Virus record (IMG/VR): IMGVR_UViG_3300045988_005608 | Coordinates: 1-5,921 of that record | DNA from: a virus | Length of the DNA: 5,921 nt | Reading direction: 5' to 3' (one strand) | In this document: positions 1 to 5,267 of the stretch, piece by piece | How the letters are laid out: every line of letters starts with the position of its first letter | Position numbering within the stretch: position 1 is the stretch's first letter | The notes under the pieces: model-generated | What the model saw: the letters and a program-made list of their open reading frames with translations, nothing else | Told to the model about the DNA's origin: nothing | Databases searched by the model: none | Made by a program: the position numbers and the translations under genes

Positions 1-99
1 AACGAAGACAAAAAGGAGTAAACCATAATGCACAAAACATGGAATGTACGTGACCAGACCAAAGAAGCAAATTGGAACCATGGACGAAACAAAAAAAAG
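1..99. repeat. Terminal direct repeat, copy A. Identical to 5823..5921, so this is the assembly overlap of a circular genome with a 5,822-nt unit.
   Basis: Base-by-base comparison: 1..99 (aacgaagacaaaaaggagtaaacc...acaaaaaaaag) matches 5823..5921 exactly, right up to the window edge. Confidence 0.95.
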
Positions 100-135
100 G
101 AAAGAAAGGTACACAACAATGGCACGACATCGTAA
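28..135 (+). CDS. Hypothetical 35-aa basic peptide (MHKTWNVRDQTKEANWNHGRNKKKERKVHNNGTTS). It is too short to appear in the supplied ORF track.
   Basis: Hand translation. ATG at 28 lies 9 nt after AGGAG (14..18), the best SD/start pairing in this stretch. Stop TAA at 133..135. No recognisable motif, and it overlaps the start of the packaging-protein ORF. Confidence 0.25.
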   Translation: MHKTWNVRDQTKEANWNHGRNKKKERKVHNNGTTS

Positions 136-241
136 AGTAATGAGCGGCGCAAAAGACCGCCGCATGTTTAACGTAACCGCACGAAAAACCAAAAGCATCA
201 ACCTCAGCCAGAAGCCTATGCGCGGTGGCATCCGGCTGTAA
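119..241 (+). CDS. Small Arg/Lys-rich DNA-binding/packaging protein (phiX174 J-like, gokushovirus ORF8-like), 40 aa.
   Basis: MARHRKVMSGAKDRRMFNVTARKTKSINLSQKPMRGGIRL is highly basic with the C-terminal RGGIRL ending I recall from small basic proteins of gokushoviruses. ATG at 119 lies 9 nt after AAAGG (105..109). The ORF track's longer version from ATG 44 has no SD, so 119 is preferred, but 44 is not excluded. Confidence 0.7.
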   Translation: MARHRKVMSGAKDRRMFNVTARKTKSINLSQKPMRGGIRL

Positions 242-261
242 AAAAAAGGAGAGTAAGTATC

Positions 262-501
262 ATGAAGCATGAATATTTTGGCCTGTGGGACAGTGTAGCA
301 AAGTGCTACGCATGGGTAGGCGAGAGCAAGAACAATGCAACCTTTGCACGTATGTGCAACGTAATGGCAAAGGATGAAAAAACGTTTGTCGGACAGGCAC
401 CCGGAGACTATACCGGCTTCAAACTGGCAGTATTTGACGATGAAACCGGTGAGTTTACCAACGACAAGGAAAAGGTATGGGAGGGCAAGCCGCATGAATA
501 A
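262..501 (+). CDS. Conserved small non-structural protein of gokushoviruses (VP5/ORF5-like), 79 aa.
   Basis: AAGGAG (246..251) lies 10 nt before the ATG. The pattern Y..WD.VA..Y.......N.A.FAR.........P.DY..F.L..FDDETGEF matches my memory of the small ORF5-type protein found upstream of VP3 in Chlamydia-phage-like and gut microviruses. Its position directly upstream of VP3 also fits. Confidence 0.75.
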   Translation: MKHEYFGLWDSVAKCYAWVGESKNNATFARMCNVMAKDEKTFVGQAPGDYTGFKLAVFDDETGEFTNDKEKVWEGKPHE

Positions 502-886
502 ACGATACGAAGAAGGGCGAGAGCCCTTCTTTTCTGAATCAGGCGAAAAACTCCGAAAACAATACGTCTGGACAAAGGACGAAAAAGGGCAAGAAGTGCT
601 GCAAGAAACTACACCAATCGACATCCAACAGGAGATTGAAAGCTATGCGGATGAATGTGATATCAAAAGCATTGTCCGAAAAGCAAGTTTTGACCCGCAG
701 TTTCTGAAAAGCCTGTCAGAAGGAGCACTGAACGGAACAGAAGTGGATATCACCGAATTTCCGCAGAACATTCACGAGTATCACCGCATGATTGCAACAG
801 CACAGGCAAACGCCATGAAACTAGAAGAGCTGCGAAAAGTAGCAGCACAAGAAAATAAAGCAGAACCTAAAGCAGAGGAGGAATAA
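494..886 (+). CDS. VP3: Internal scaffolding protein VP3, 130 aa.
   Basis: ATG at 494 lies 8 nt after GGGAGGG (479..485) and overlaps the stop of the previous ORF (ATGAATAA). The gene sits immediately upstream of the capsid gene. It is acidic and helical with a Lys/Glu-rich tail (AAQENKAEPKAEEE). The 374..493 extension in the ORF track overlaps the VP5-like ORF out of frame and lacks an SD. Confidence 0.8.
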   Translation: MNKRYEEGREPFFSESGEKLRKQYVWTKDEKGQEVLQETTPIDIQQEIESYADECDIKSIVRKASFDPQFLKSLSEGALNGTEVDITEFPQNIHEYHRMIATAQANAMKLEELRKVAAQENKAEPKAEEE

Positions 887-888
887 AA

Positions 889-2592
889 GTGAATCGAAAC
901 AATGAACAGCACTTTAACCAGATTCCGGAAATGAAAGCGAGTCGAACACGTTTTAACCGTGACCAGACGATTTTAACAACGTTCGATTCCGGCAAGCTGA
1001 TTCCGTTCTATGTTGACGAGGTATTACCAGGCGATACCTTCAACGTGGATACGTCAGCTATCATCCGCATGACCACGCCGAAATACCCGGTGATGGACGA
1101 TGCATTTATTGACTTCTACTACTTCTATTGTCCAAACCGCATACTGTGGAATCACTTTAAGTATTTCATGGGAGAAATCGATGACAAACCCTGGATGCCA
1201 ACAGATGAACACAAAGTACCACAAATCAAAATCAACGGAAGCGAAAGCGCGCCAAAACCTCTAGAAAAAAGCATCCTAGACTACATGGGAGTACCGACAA
1301 AAATTAAAGCACCGTTCTCAGTCAATGCACTTCCCATCAGAGCATACGTCAAGATTTGGAACGAGTTTTTCCGAGACGAGAACGTTGGAAACGCGGCAGT
1401 ATGGTCAGACGACGACGACGATGTAACATATACACAAAGCTACAACGACGGCAGCGGTCAAAAAGATGAACTGGAAAAAATCTTACAGGAAGCAAGAACT
1501 GGTGCGCTCTGTCTTCCTGTAAACAAATTCCACGACTACTTTACCAGCTGTCTACCTTATCCTCAGCGCGGACCGGCGGTAACACTGCCGATGGAAGGTA
1601 ACGCAACCGTATATTATGGAAACAGCCGAACAGGAAAACCGTACACAATAGCAAACCTAGTTGATGATTTGGAATGGACTAACCAAGTCAACAACACGGC
1701 AAGCACAACAAGCAACATTTGGAGAGCGGGAGGGGAACTTACGAGCTTAGATACTCCAGCAAGAGCAATCGTAACGGCAAAAACTCCTGAAGTAGGTGGT
1801 ATTAACCTAGTAGCAGACCTAAGCACAGTAACTGCAGCAACCGTCAACGAATTACGAAAAGTCGTAGCAGTGCAGCAGTACTACGAAGCACTGGCAAGAG
1901 GTGGCAGCAGATACCGCGAACAGGTACAGGCACTGTGGAATGTGGTAATCTCTGATAAAACCGTACAGGTGCCGGAATATCTTGGCGGTGGTAGATACCA
2001 TGTGAACATCAACCAAATCGTCCAGACCAGCGGACAGCAGACAAACAACGACACGCCAATCGGCGAAACAGGCGCAATGTCGGTAACGCCAATCAACGAA
2101 AGCAGCTTCACAAAATCTTTTGAGGAGCATGGATTCGTCATCGGCGTATGTTGTGTACGACACAATAGAAGCTATCAGCAAGGACTTGAACGCTTCTGGA
2201 GCAGAATCGACAGGCTTGACTACTATGTGCCACAGTTCGCAAACATAGGCGAACAACCTGTCAAAAAGAAAGAAATCATGTTAACCGGCGATGCAACGGA
2301 TGAGGAGACATTCGGCTACCAGGAAGCATGGGCGGACTACAGAATGAAGCCTAACCGGGTATCCGGCCTCATGAGAAGCAACGCAACGGGATCGCTGGAC
2401 TTCTGGCACTATGCTGACAACTATTCAAACGTGCCGACGCTATCGCAAGAGTGGATGAACGAAGGAAAAGAAGAGATTGCGCGCACGGTCATCGTGCAAG
2501 ATGAGCCACAGTTCTTCGGAGCCATCCGAGTAGCAAACAAAACCACAAGAAGGATGCCATTGTACAGTGTACCGGGCTTATACAAATTGTAA
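889..2592 (+). CDS. VP1: Major capsid protein VP1 (Microviridae F-type jelly-roll capsid), 567 aa, GTG start.
   Basis: GTG at 889 lies 7 nt after GAGGAGG (875..881). N-terminal HFNQIPE..SRTRFNR..TTFDSGKLIPFYVDEVLPGDTF and internal TVNELR..V..QQYYEALARGGSRYREQ are hallmark motifs of microvirus major capsid proteins. Size is typical of gokushovirus VP1. Confidence 0.97.
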   Translation: MNRNNEQHFNQIPEMKASRTRFNRDQTILTTFDSGKLIPFYVDEVLPGDTFNVDTSAIIRMTTPKYPVMDDAFIDFYYFYCPNRILWNHFKYFMGEIDDKPWMPTDEHKVPQIKINGSESAPKPLEKSILDYMGVPTKIKAPFSVNALPIRAYVKIWNEFFRDENVGNAAVWSDDDDDVTYTQSYNDGSGQKDELEKILQEARTGALCLPVNKFHDYFTSCLPYPQRGPAVTLPMEGNATVYYGNSRTGKPYTIANLVDDLEWTNQVNNTASTTSNIWRAGGELTSLDTPARAIVTAKTPEVGGINLVADLSTVTAATVNELRKVVAVQQYYEALARGGSRYREQVQALWNVVISDKTVQVPEYLGGGRYHVNINQIVQTSGQQTNNDTPIGETGAMSVTPINESSFTKSFEEHGFVIGVCCVRHNRSYQQGLERFWSRIDRLDYYVPQFANIGEQPVKKKEIMLTGDATDEETFGYQEAWADYRMKPNRVSGLMRSNATGSLDFWHYADNYSNVPTLSQEWMNEGKEEIARTVIVQDEPQFFGAIRVANKTTRRMPLYSVPGLYKL

Positions 2593-2602
2593 GAAAGGAG
2601 GA

Positions 2603-2628
2603 AGCCCGGAGAAATCCGGGCTATTTTT
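2603..2628 (+). terminator. Intrinsic-terminator-like hairpin between VP1 and VP2: 8-bp stem AGCCCGGA/TCCGGGCT, GAAA tetraloop, then ATTTTT.
   Basis: Pairs 2603:2622 through 2610:2615, loop 2611..2614, T-run 2624..2628. It starts 11 nt after the VP1 stop. Probably a partial terminator or attenuator, because VP2 and VP4 lie downstream with no promoter of their own. Confidence 0.6.
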
Positions 2629-2630
2629 AA

Positions 2631-3467
2631 ATGAGTGTATTATCAGGACTCTTAACAGGACTAAACGTAGCGGGAAACGTAGCGAATACGGTTGGAACAA
2701 TTGCCGGCGCGGCAAAAGACGTTGCTGGAATATTCGGCGGATGGGGTCAAACCGGTAACAGCCAAAGTAGCGGAGGCAGCACAAGCGAAGGCGGCGGCCA
2801 CTCAGAAAGCGGAAGTCACTCGGGCACGAACGTACAACAGGTAAACGACTGGCTAAAACAGGCATACACATACCAAGGGCAAGAAGCTGCCATGCAAGGT
2901 AAATACAACAGTCAAAGCATGTTAAAGCAGATGGGTTACAACACCTTACAAGCAATCATGCAAGGCGTATATAACCACATTGAAAACAGCGTAGCAATGA
3001 ACTACAACAGTGCAGAAGCACTAGCCAACCGCGAATGGCAAGAGCACATGAGCAATACAGCATATCAAAGAGCCGTTGAAGATATGAAAAAAGCTGGACT
3101 GAATCCAATTCTAGCCTTTGCAAACGGTGGAGCAAGCACGCCGGGCGGTAGCGCGGGAACAATCAGCGGTGCAAGTATGGGACTAGCAAGCAGCAGCGCA
3201 CTAGGAGTAAGCCGAAGCGGTGGATTTGTACCGAACGCATACGAAAGCAATAGCTGGAGTAAAAGCGACTGGTACAACGCAGCACAAAGTTGGCAGCAGA
3301 TGCTCAGTAGTACGCAAATGACGCCTTACGGATTAGCGAAGGCTTTAACAAACGTTGGAAACGATACCGGAAAAGCAATAGAAAAAGCAACAAAATCGCA
3401 AAGCAAAACGCACAAGAGCAAAAGCGGAGCAGAACATGGCGGCGGCGGAGGTGAAATCAAAAAATGA
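2631..3467 (+). CDS. VP2: Minor capsid / DNA pilot protein VP2, 278 aa.
   Basis: The motif REWQEHMSNTAYQRAVEDMKKAGLNPILAF is the conserved core I recognise from gokushovirus VP2 proteins. Other features: Gly-rich hydrophobic N-terminus, Gly/Ser low-complexity linker, and position between VP1 and VP4. An in-frame TAA at 2628..2630 fixes 2631 as the first possible start. Confidence 0.9.
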   Translation: MSVLSGLLTGLNVAGNVANTVGTIAGAAKDVAGIFGGWGQTGNSQSSGGSTSEGGGHSESGSHSGTNVQQVNDWLKQAYTYQGQEAAMQGKYNSQSMLKQMGYNTLQAIMQGVYNHIENSVAMNYNSAEALANREWQEHMSNTAYQRAVEDMKKAGLNPILAFANGGASTPGGSAGTISGASMGLASSSALGVSRSGGFVPNAYESNSWSKSDWYNAAQSWQQMLSSTQMTPYGLAKALTNVGNDTGKAIEKATKSQSKTHKSKSGAEHGGGGGEIKK

Positions 3468-4483
3468 GTTGTTACAAGCCATTAATAAGGCTGTACAACC
3501 CGAACGATAAAAGCATCAGCGGGAGGGTATATTCACTCTCCCGCTTTTCTCAGTTAGCGGGAAAGCAGCTCAAATATGAAGACCTGATGTACAGAAAAGA
3601 TGTCATGTTGATACCATGCGGACAGTGCATCGGGTGCAGAATCAGACAAAGAGAGGACTGGACAACACGAATAGAATTAGAAGCACGAGACTATCCAAGA
3701 GAAGAAATTTGGTTTATCACATTAACTTATGACGATAATCATGTACCGGGCATGATAGTAAACACAGGCGAAATCATGCGAAAAGTACAATACGTCTGGA
3801 AACCGGGAGAGAAGCGCCCAGAAAGCGTCCAAACTTTGCTATATACTGACATTCAAAAGTTCTTAAAACGCCTCAGAAAGGCTTATAGGGGCAAATTACG
3901 CTATTTCGTAGCGGGAGAATACGGAGAACAGACGGCAAGACCACACTTCCATATGATTCTATATGGATGGAGACCAACAGACCTAGAGCACCTATACAAG
4001 ATACAGCACAACGGATATTTCACAAGTAAATGGTTAGCAAACCTGTGGGGCATGGGTCAAATACAGATAGCGCAAGCAGTACCTGAAACATATAGATATG
4101 TTGCGGGATACGTTACAAAAAAAATGTACGAAATTGACGGTCAAAAAGCAAACGCATACTACGAACTAGGGCAGCAAAAACCTTTTGCATGTATGAGCCT
4201 TAAACCGGGCTTAGGAGACCACTATTACCAAGAACACAAAGAAGAAATCTGGAGACAAGGCTACATCCAATGCACAAACGGCAAACACGCACAAATTCCA
4301 CGCTATTATGAAAAAATGATGGAAACTGAAAACCCACAAAGATTGTGGAGAATTAAACAGAACAGACAAGCAGCAGCCATAGCGGAGAACCGACTTAAGT
4401 ATGAAAATGCAGACTTTGCAGAGCAATGTAAGACAAAAGAAAGGGTGATAAAGAAGCAAATGAAGAAGAGAGGGACACTTTAA
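3464..4483 (+). CDS. VP4: Rolling-circle replication initiation protein VP4 (phiX174 A-like HUH endonuclease), 339 aa.
   Basis: ATGA start/stop overlap with VP2. GGAGGTG (3447..3453) lies upstream. Motif I FITLTY (3713..3730), HUH motif HFH (3944..3952) and the paired-tyrosine motif YRYVAGYVTKK (4091..4123) are present, plus a CGQCIGCR Cys cluster. Confidence 0.95.
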   Translation: MSCYKPLIRLYNPNDKSISGRVYSLSRFSQLAGKQLKYEDLMYRKDVMLIPCGQCIGCRIRQREDWTTRIELEARDYPREEIWFITLTYDDNHVPGMIVNTGEIMRKVQYVWKPGEKRPESVQTLLYTDIQKFLKRLRKAYRGKLRYFVAGEYGEQTARPHFHMILYGWRPTDLEHLYKIQHNGYFTSKWLANLWGMGQIQIAQAVPETYRYVAGYVTKKMYEIDGQKANAYYELGQQKPFACMSLKPGLGDHYYQEHKEEIWRQGYIQCTNGKHAQIPRYYEKMMETENPQRLWRIKQNRQAAAIAENRLKYENADFAEQCKTKERVIKKQMKKRGTL

Positions 4484-4501
4484 CAGTGTCATGGTGTCAC
4501 C

Positions 4502-4535
4502 TAGCCCAGTACCTATCAAGTAAGGTACTGGGCTA
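4502..4535 (+). other. Perfect 13-bp stem-loop (TAGCCCAGTACCT / AGGTACTGGGCTA, 8-nt loop ATCAAGTA) 19 nt after the VP4 stop. Could be a terminator or an ssDNA origin/priming structure.
   Basis: All 13 pairs from 4502:4535 to 4514:4523 are Watson-Crick. It is followed by TTGTCGTTT. A smaller 6-bp hairpin GACACT/AGTGTC (4474..4490) encloses the VP4 stop codon. Confidence 0.6.
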
Positions 4536-4594
4536 TTGTCGTTTAAAGGCTCCATGTATCAGCCTATTCAGTCTATCAAATAGCTATACTTTAT

Positions 4595-4639
4595 CGCGCG
4601 TGCGCACGCGCGCGAAGCGCGCACGCGCGCACGCGCGCA
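4595..4639. repeat. G/C-only alternating purine-pyrimidine block: ACGCGCGC x3 plus an 18-nt perfect palindrome.
   Basis: CGCGCGTGCGCACGCGCG (4595..4612) equals its own reverse complement. ACGCGCGC occurs at 4606, 4623 and 4631. Strict Pu/Py alternation holds for 4595..4614 and 4617..4639. GCGCGTGCGC (4596..4605) is complementary to both 4619..4628 and 4627..4636. Confidence 0.9.
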
Positions 4640-4653
4640 GCTCTTCAGCGCTA

Positions 4654-4683
4654 TTGTTCGCAAGCTCACAAGCGCTGTATAAT
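4654..4683 (+). promoter_or_regulatory. Weak candidate sigma70-type promoter (TTGTTC, 18-nt spacer, TATAAT).
   Basis: Perfect -10 TATAAT at 4678..4683. The -35 is poor, matching only TTG at 4654..4656. No credible ORF follows within 390 nt. Confidence 0.3.
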
Positions 4684-4777
4684 ATATAACTTGTTGTAGG
4701 AGTAGTAGTAGAGGCTGTGGAAAAGTTGATAAGTGCTAAAATTTAACGTTAAGACGTAAATAAAAAGCAAAAAACAA

Positions 4778-4816
4778 TGTTGAAAGTTTTGTTGAAAACT
4801 TGTTGAATTGTTGAAA
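4778..4816 (+). repeat. Iteron cluster A: four direct copies of TGTTGAA(A/T).
   Basis: Copies start at 4778, 4790, 4801 (TGTTGAAT) and 4809, giving spacings of 12, 11 and 8 nt. Confidence 0.9.
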
Positions 4817-4817
4817 G

Positions 4818-4834
4818 TTCGTCAAAATGACGAA
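4818..4834. repeat. Short inverted repeat/hairpin TTCGTCA-AAA-TGACGAA between the two iteron clusters.
   Basis: 4818..4824 is the reverse complement of 4828..4834, with a 3-nt loop. Confidence 0.7.
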
Positions 4835-4852
4835 AACCTTTGTGCAACTTTA

Positions 4853-4889
4853 TGTTGAAAACCTGTTGAAAGTGTTGAAAGTGTTGAAA
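4853..4889 (+). repeat. Iteron cluster B: four direct copies of TGTTGAAA.
   Basis: Copies start at 4853, 4864, 4873 and 4882, giving spacings of 11, 9 and 9 nt. Orientation is the same as cluster A. Confidence 0.9.
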
Positions 4890-4993
4890 ACGCGCACAGC
4901 GCTAACAAGGAATGGATTCAGCCGAATTCCGCTGCGCTCCATACGGCAAGGCGCTAAAGCGCCGTTCAAAACAAAGGAGCAAAACCGAGTTGC

Positions 4994-5003
4994 TGATATA
5001 TCA
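4994..5003. promoter_or_regulatory. 10-nt perfect AT-rich palindrome TGATATATCA about 20 nt upstream of the P1 -35 box. Possible operator.
   Basis: The sequence is self-complementary. It is flanked by GTTG (4989..4992), whose complement CAAC (5002..5005) overlaps the last 2 nt of the palindrome. Confidence 0.3.
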
Positions 5004-5023
5004 ACTAAAATTTCAAAAAAGGC

Positions 5024-5052
5024 TTGACTTTTTTTCGAGAATATGATAGAAT
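5024..5052 (+). promoter_or_regulatory. Promoter P1: TTGACT, 17-nt spacer, TAGAAT with an extended -10 TG and an A-rich upstream tract.
   Basis: -35 at 5024..5029, TG at 5044..5045, -10 at 5047..5052. The upstream AAAATTTCAAAAAA resembles an UP element. It sits about 28 nt before the ATG at 5080. Confidence 0.75.
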
Positions 5053-5079
5053 ATAATCACAGAAAGGAAGGTGCTCAAA

Positions 5080-5262
5080 ATGATGCACAAATACGAGTTA
5101 AGAAGCTGGAACAATGACGACACGATGACCACGGTATTAAAAATCAATGATACACCCAAAAACGCAAAAAAGCGGGCAAGAGAATACGCAAACGATCACA
5201 AGGGAATCTATTCCTTGTGCAGAGTCGAAGAAGTAAAAATATACTCCACTGAAAAAGAATAA
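5080..5262 (+). CDS. Hypothetical 60-aa hydrophilic protein of unknown function.
   Basis: ATG at 5080 lies 6 nt after the long SD AAGGAAGGTG (5064..5073). The track's GTG at 5071 lies inside that SD and is unlikely. The gene has its own promoter (P1) and its own terminator. No motif recognised and no TM segment. Confidence 0.7.
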   Translation: MMHKYELRSWNNDDTMTTVLKINDTPKNAKKRAREYANDHKGIYSLCRVEEVKIYSTEKE

Positions 5263-5267
5263 AAAGC

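Noticed and set aside
91-98. A8 homopolymer as a possible programmed frameshift site joining ORF 28..135 to the J-like frame.
   Set aside because: The required shift is +1/-2, not the usual -1. There is no downstream stimulatory structure, and the J-like ORF has its own SD and ATG. A-runs are common in this A-rich strand.
44-118. N-terminal extension of the J-like ORF from ATG 44 (MYVTRPKKQIGTMDETKKRKERYTT).
   Set aside because: No SD lies upstream of 44, whereas ATG 119 has one. The 40-aa product from 119 matches the usual size and MAR(H/R)RK-type start of these basic proteins. It remains an alternative start rather than being excluded.
374-493. Upstream extension of the VP3 ORF (MKKRLSDRHPET...).
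   Set aside because: It overlaps the VP5-like ORF out of frame, has no SD and is compositionally odd. The ATG at 494 has a strong SD and a start/stop overlap.
2567-2758. 63-aa + strand ORF spanning the VP1 end, the hairpin and the VP2 start.
   Set aside because: It is out of frame with both genes, runs through the terminator hairpin, has no SD, and gives an Arg/Cys-rich nonsense-like translation.
4486-4689. 67-aa + strand ORF across the hairpin and GC block (..RVRTRAKRARAHARSS..).
   Set aside because: The peptide is simply the translation of the GCGC repeats and hairpin arms. It has no SD. These elements are better explained at the nucleic-acid level.
4716-4724. DnaA-box-like TGTGGAAAA (reverse complement TTTTCCACA, 8/9 to TTATCCACA).
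   Set aside because: It is a single copy, and a one-mismatch 9-mer is expected about once by chance in a genome of this size.
4833-4860. XerC/XerD dif-like attachment site, as used by integrating enterogokushoviruses. TTATGTTGAAA (4850..4860) matches the XerD arm TTATGTTAAAT at 9/11.
   Set aside because: The 11 nt in the XerC-arm position (AAAACCTTTGT) do not resemble any dif XerC arm. The AT-rich stretch at 4671..4700 also failed in both orientations. Only a half-site is present.
4778-4889. CRISPR array interpretation of the TGTTGAAA repeats.
   Set aside because: The repeat unit is 8 nt with gaps of only 0-4 nt within clusters, far from the CRISPR geometry of ~24-48-nt repeats and ~26-72-nt spacers.
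4885-4898. cre (CcpA)-like TGAAAACGCGCACA at the end of the iterons.
   Set aside because: It mismatches a conserved position of TGWAANCGNTNWCA, and it is produced trivially by the junction of an iteron with the GCGC patch.
4827-5027. 66-aa + strand ORF across iteron cluster B (..LLKVLKVLK..).
   Set aside because: Its only upstream SD-like sequence is a weak GAAAG, and its ATG sits inside the 4818..4834 hairpin. The repeat-derived peptide covers only one of the two clusters, and the ORF ends inside the P1 -35 box. Not fully excluded; conservation analysis would settle it.
4484-5079. tRNA or other structured RNA gene in the long non-coding region.
   Set aside because: No cloverleaf arrangement is visible (no acceptor stem plus T-arm GTTC-type loop). 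The stems are isolated hairpins.
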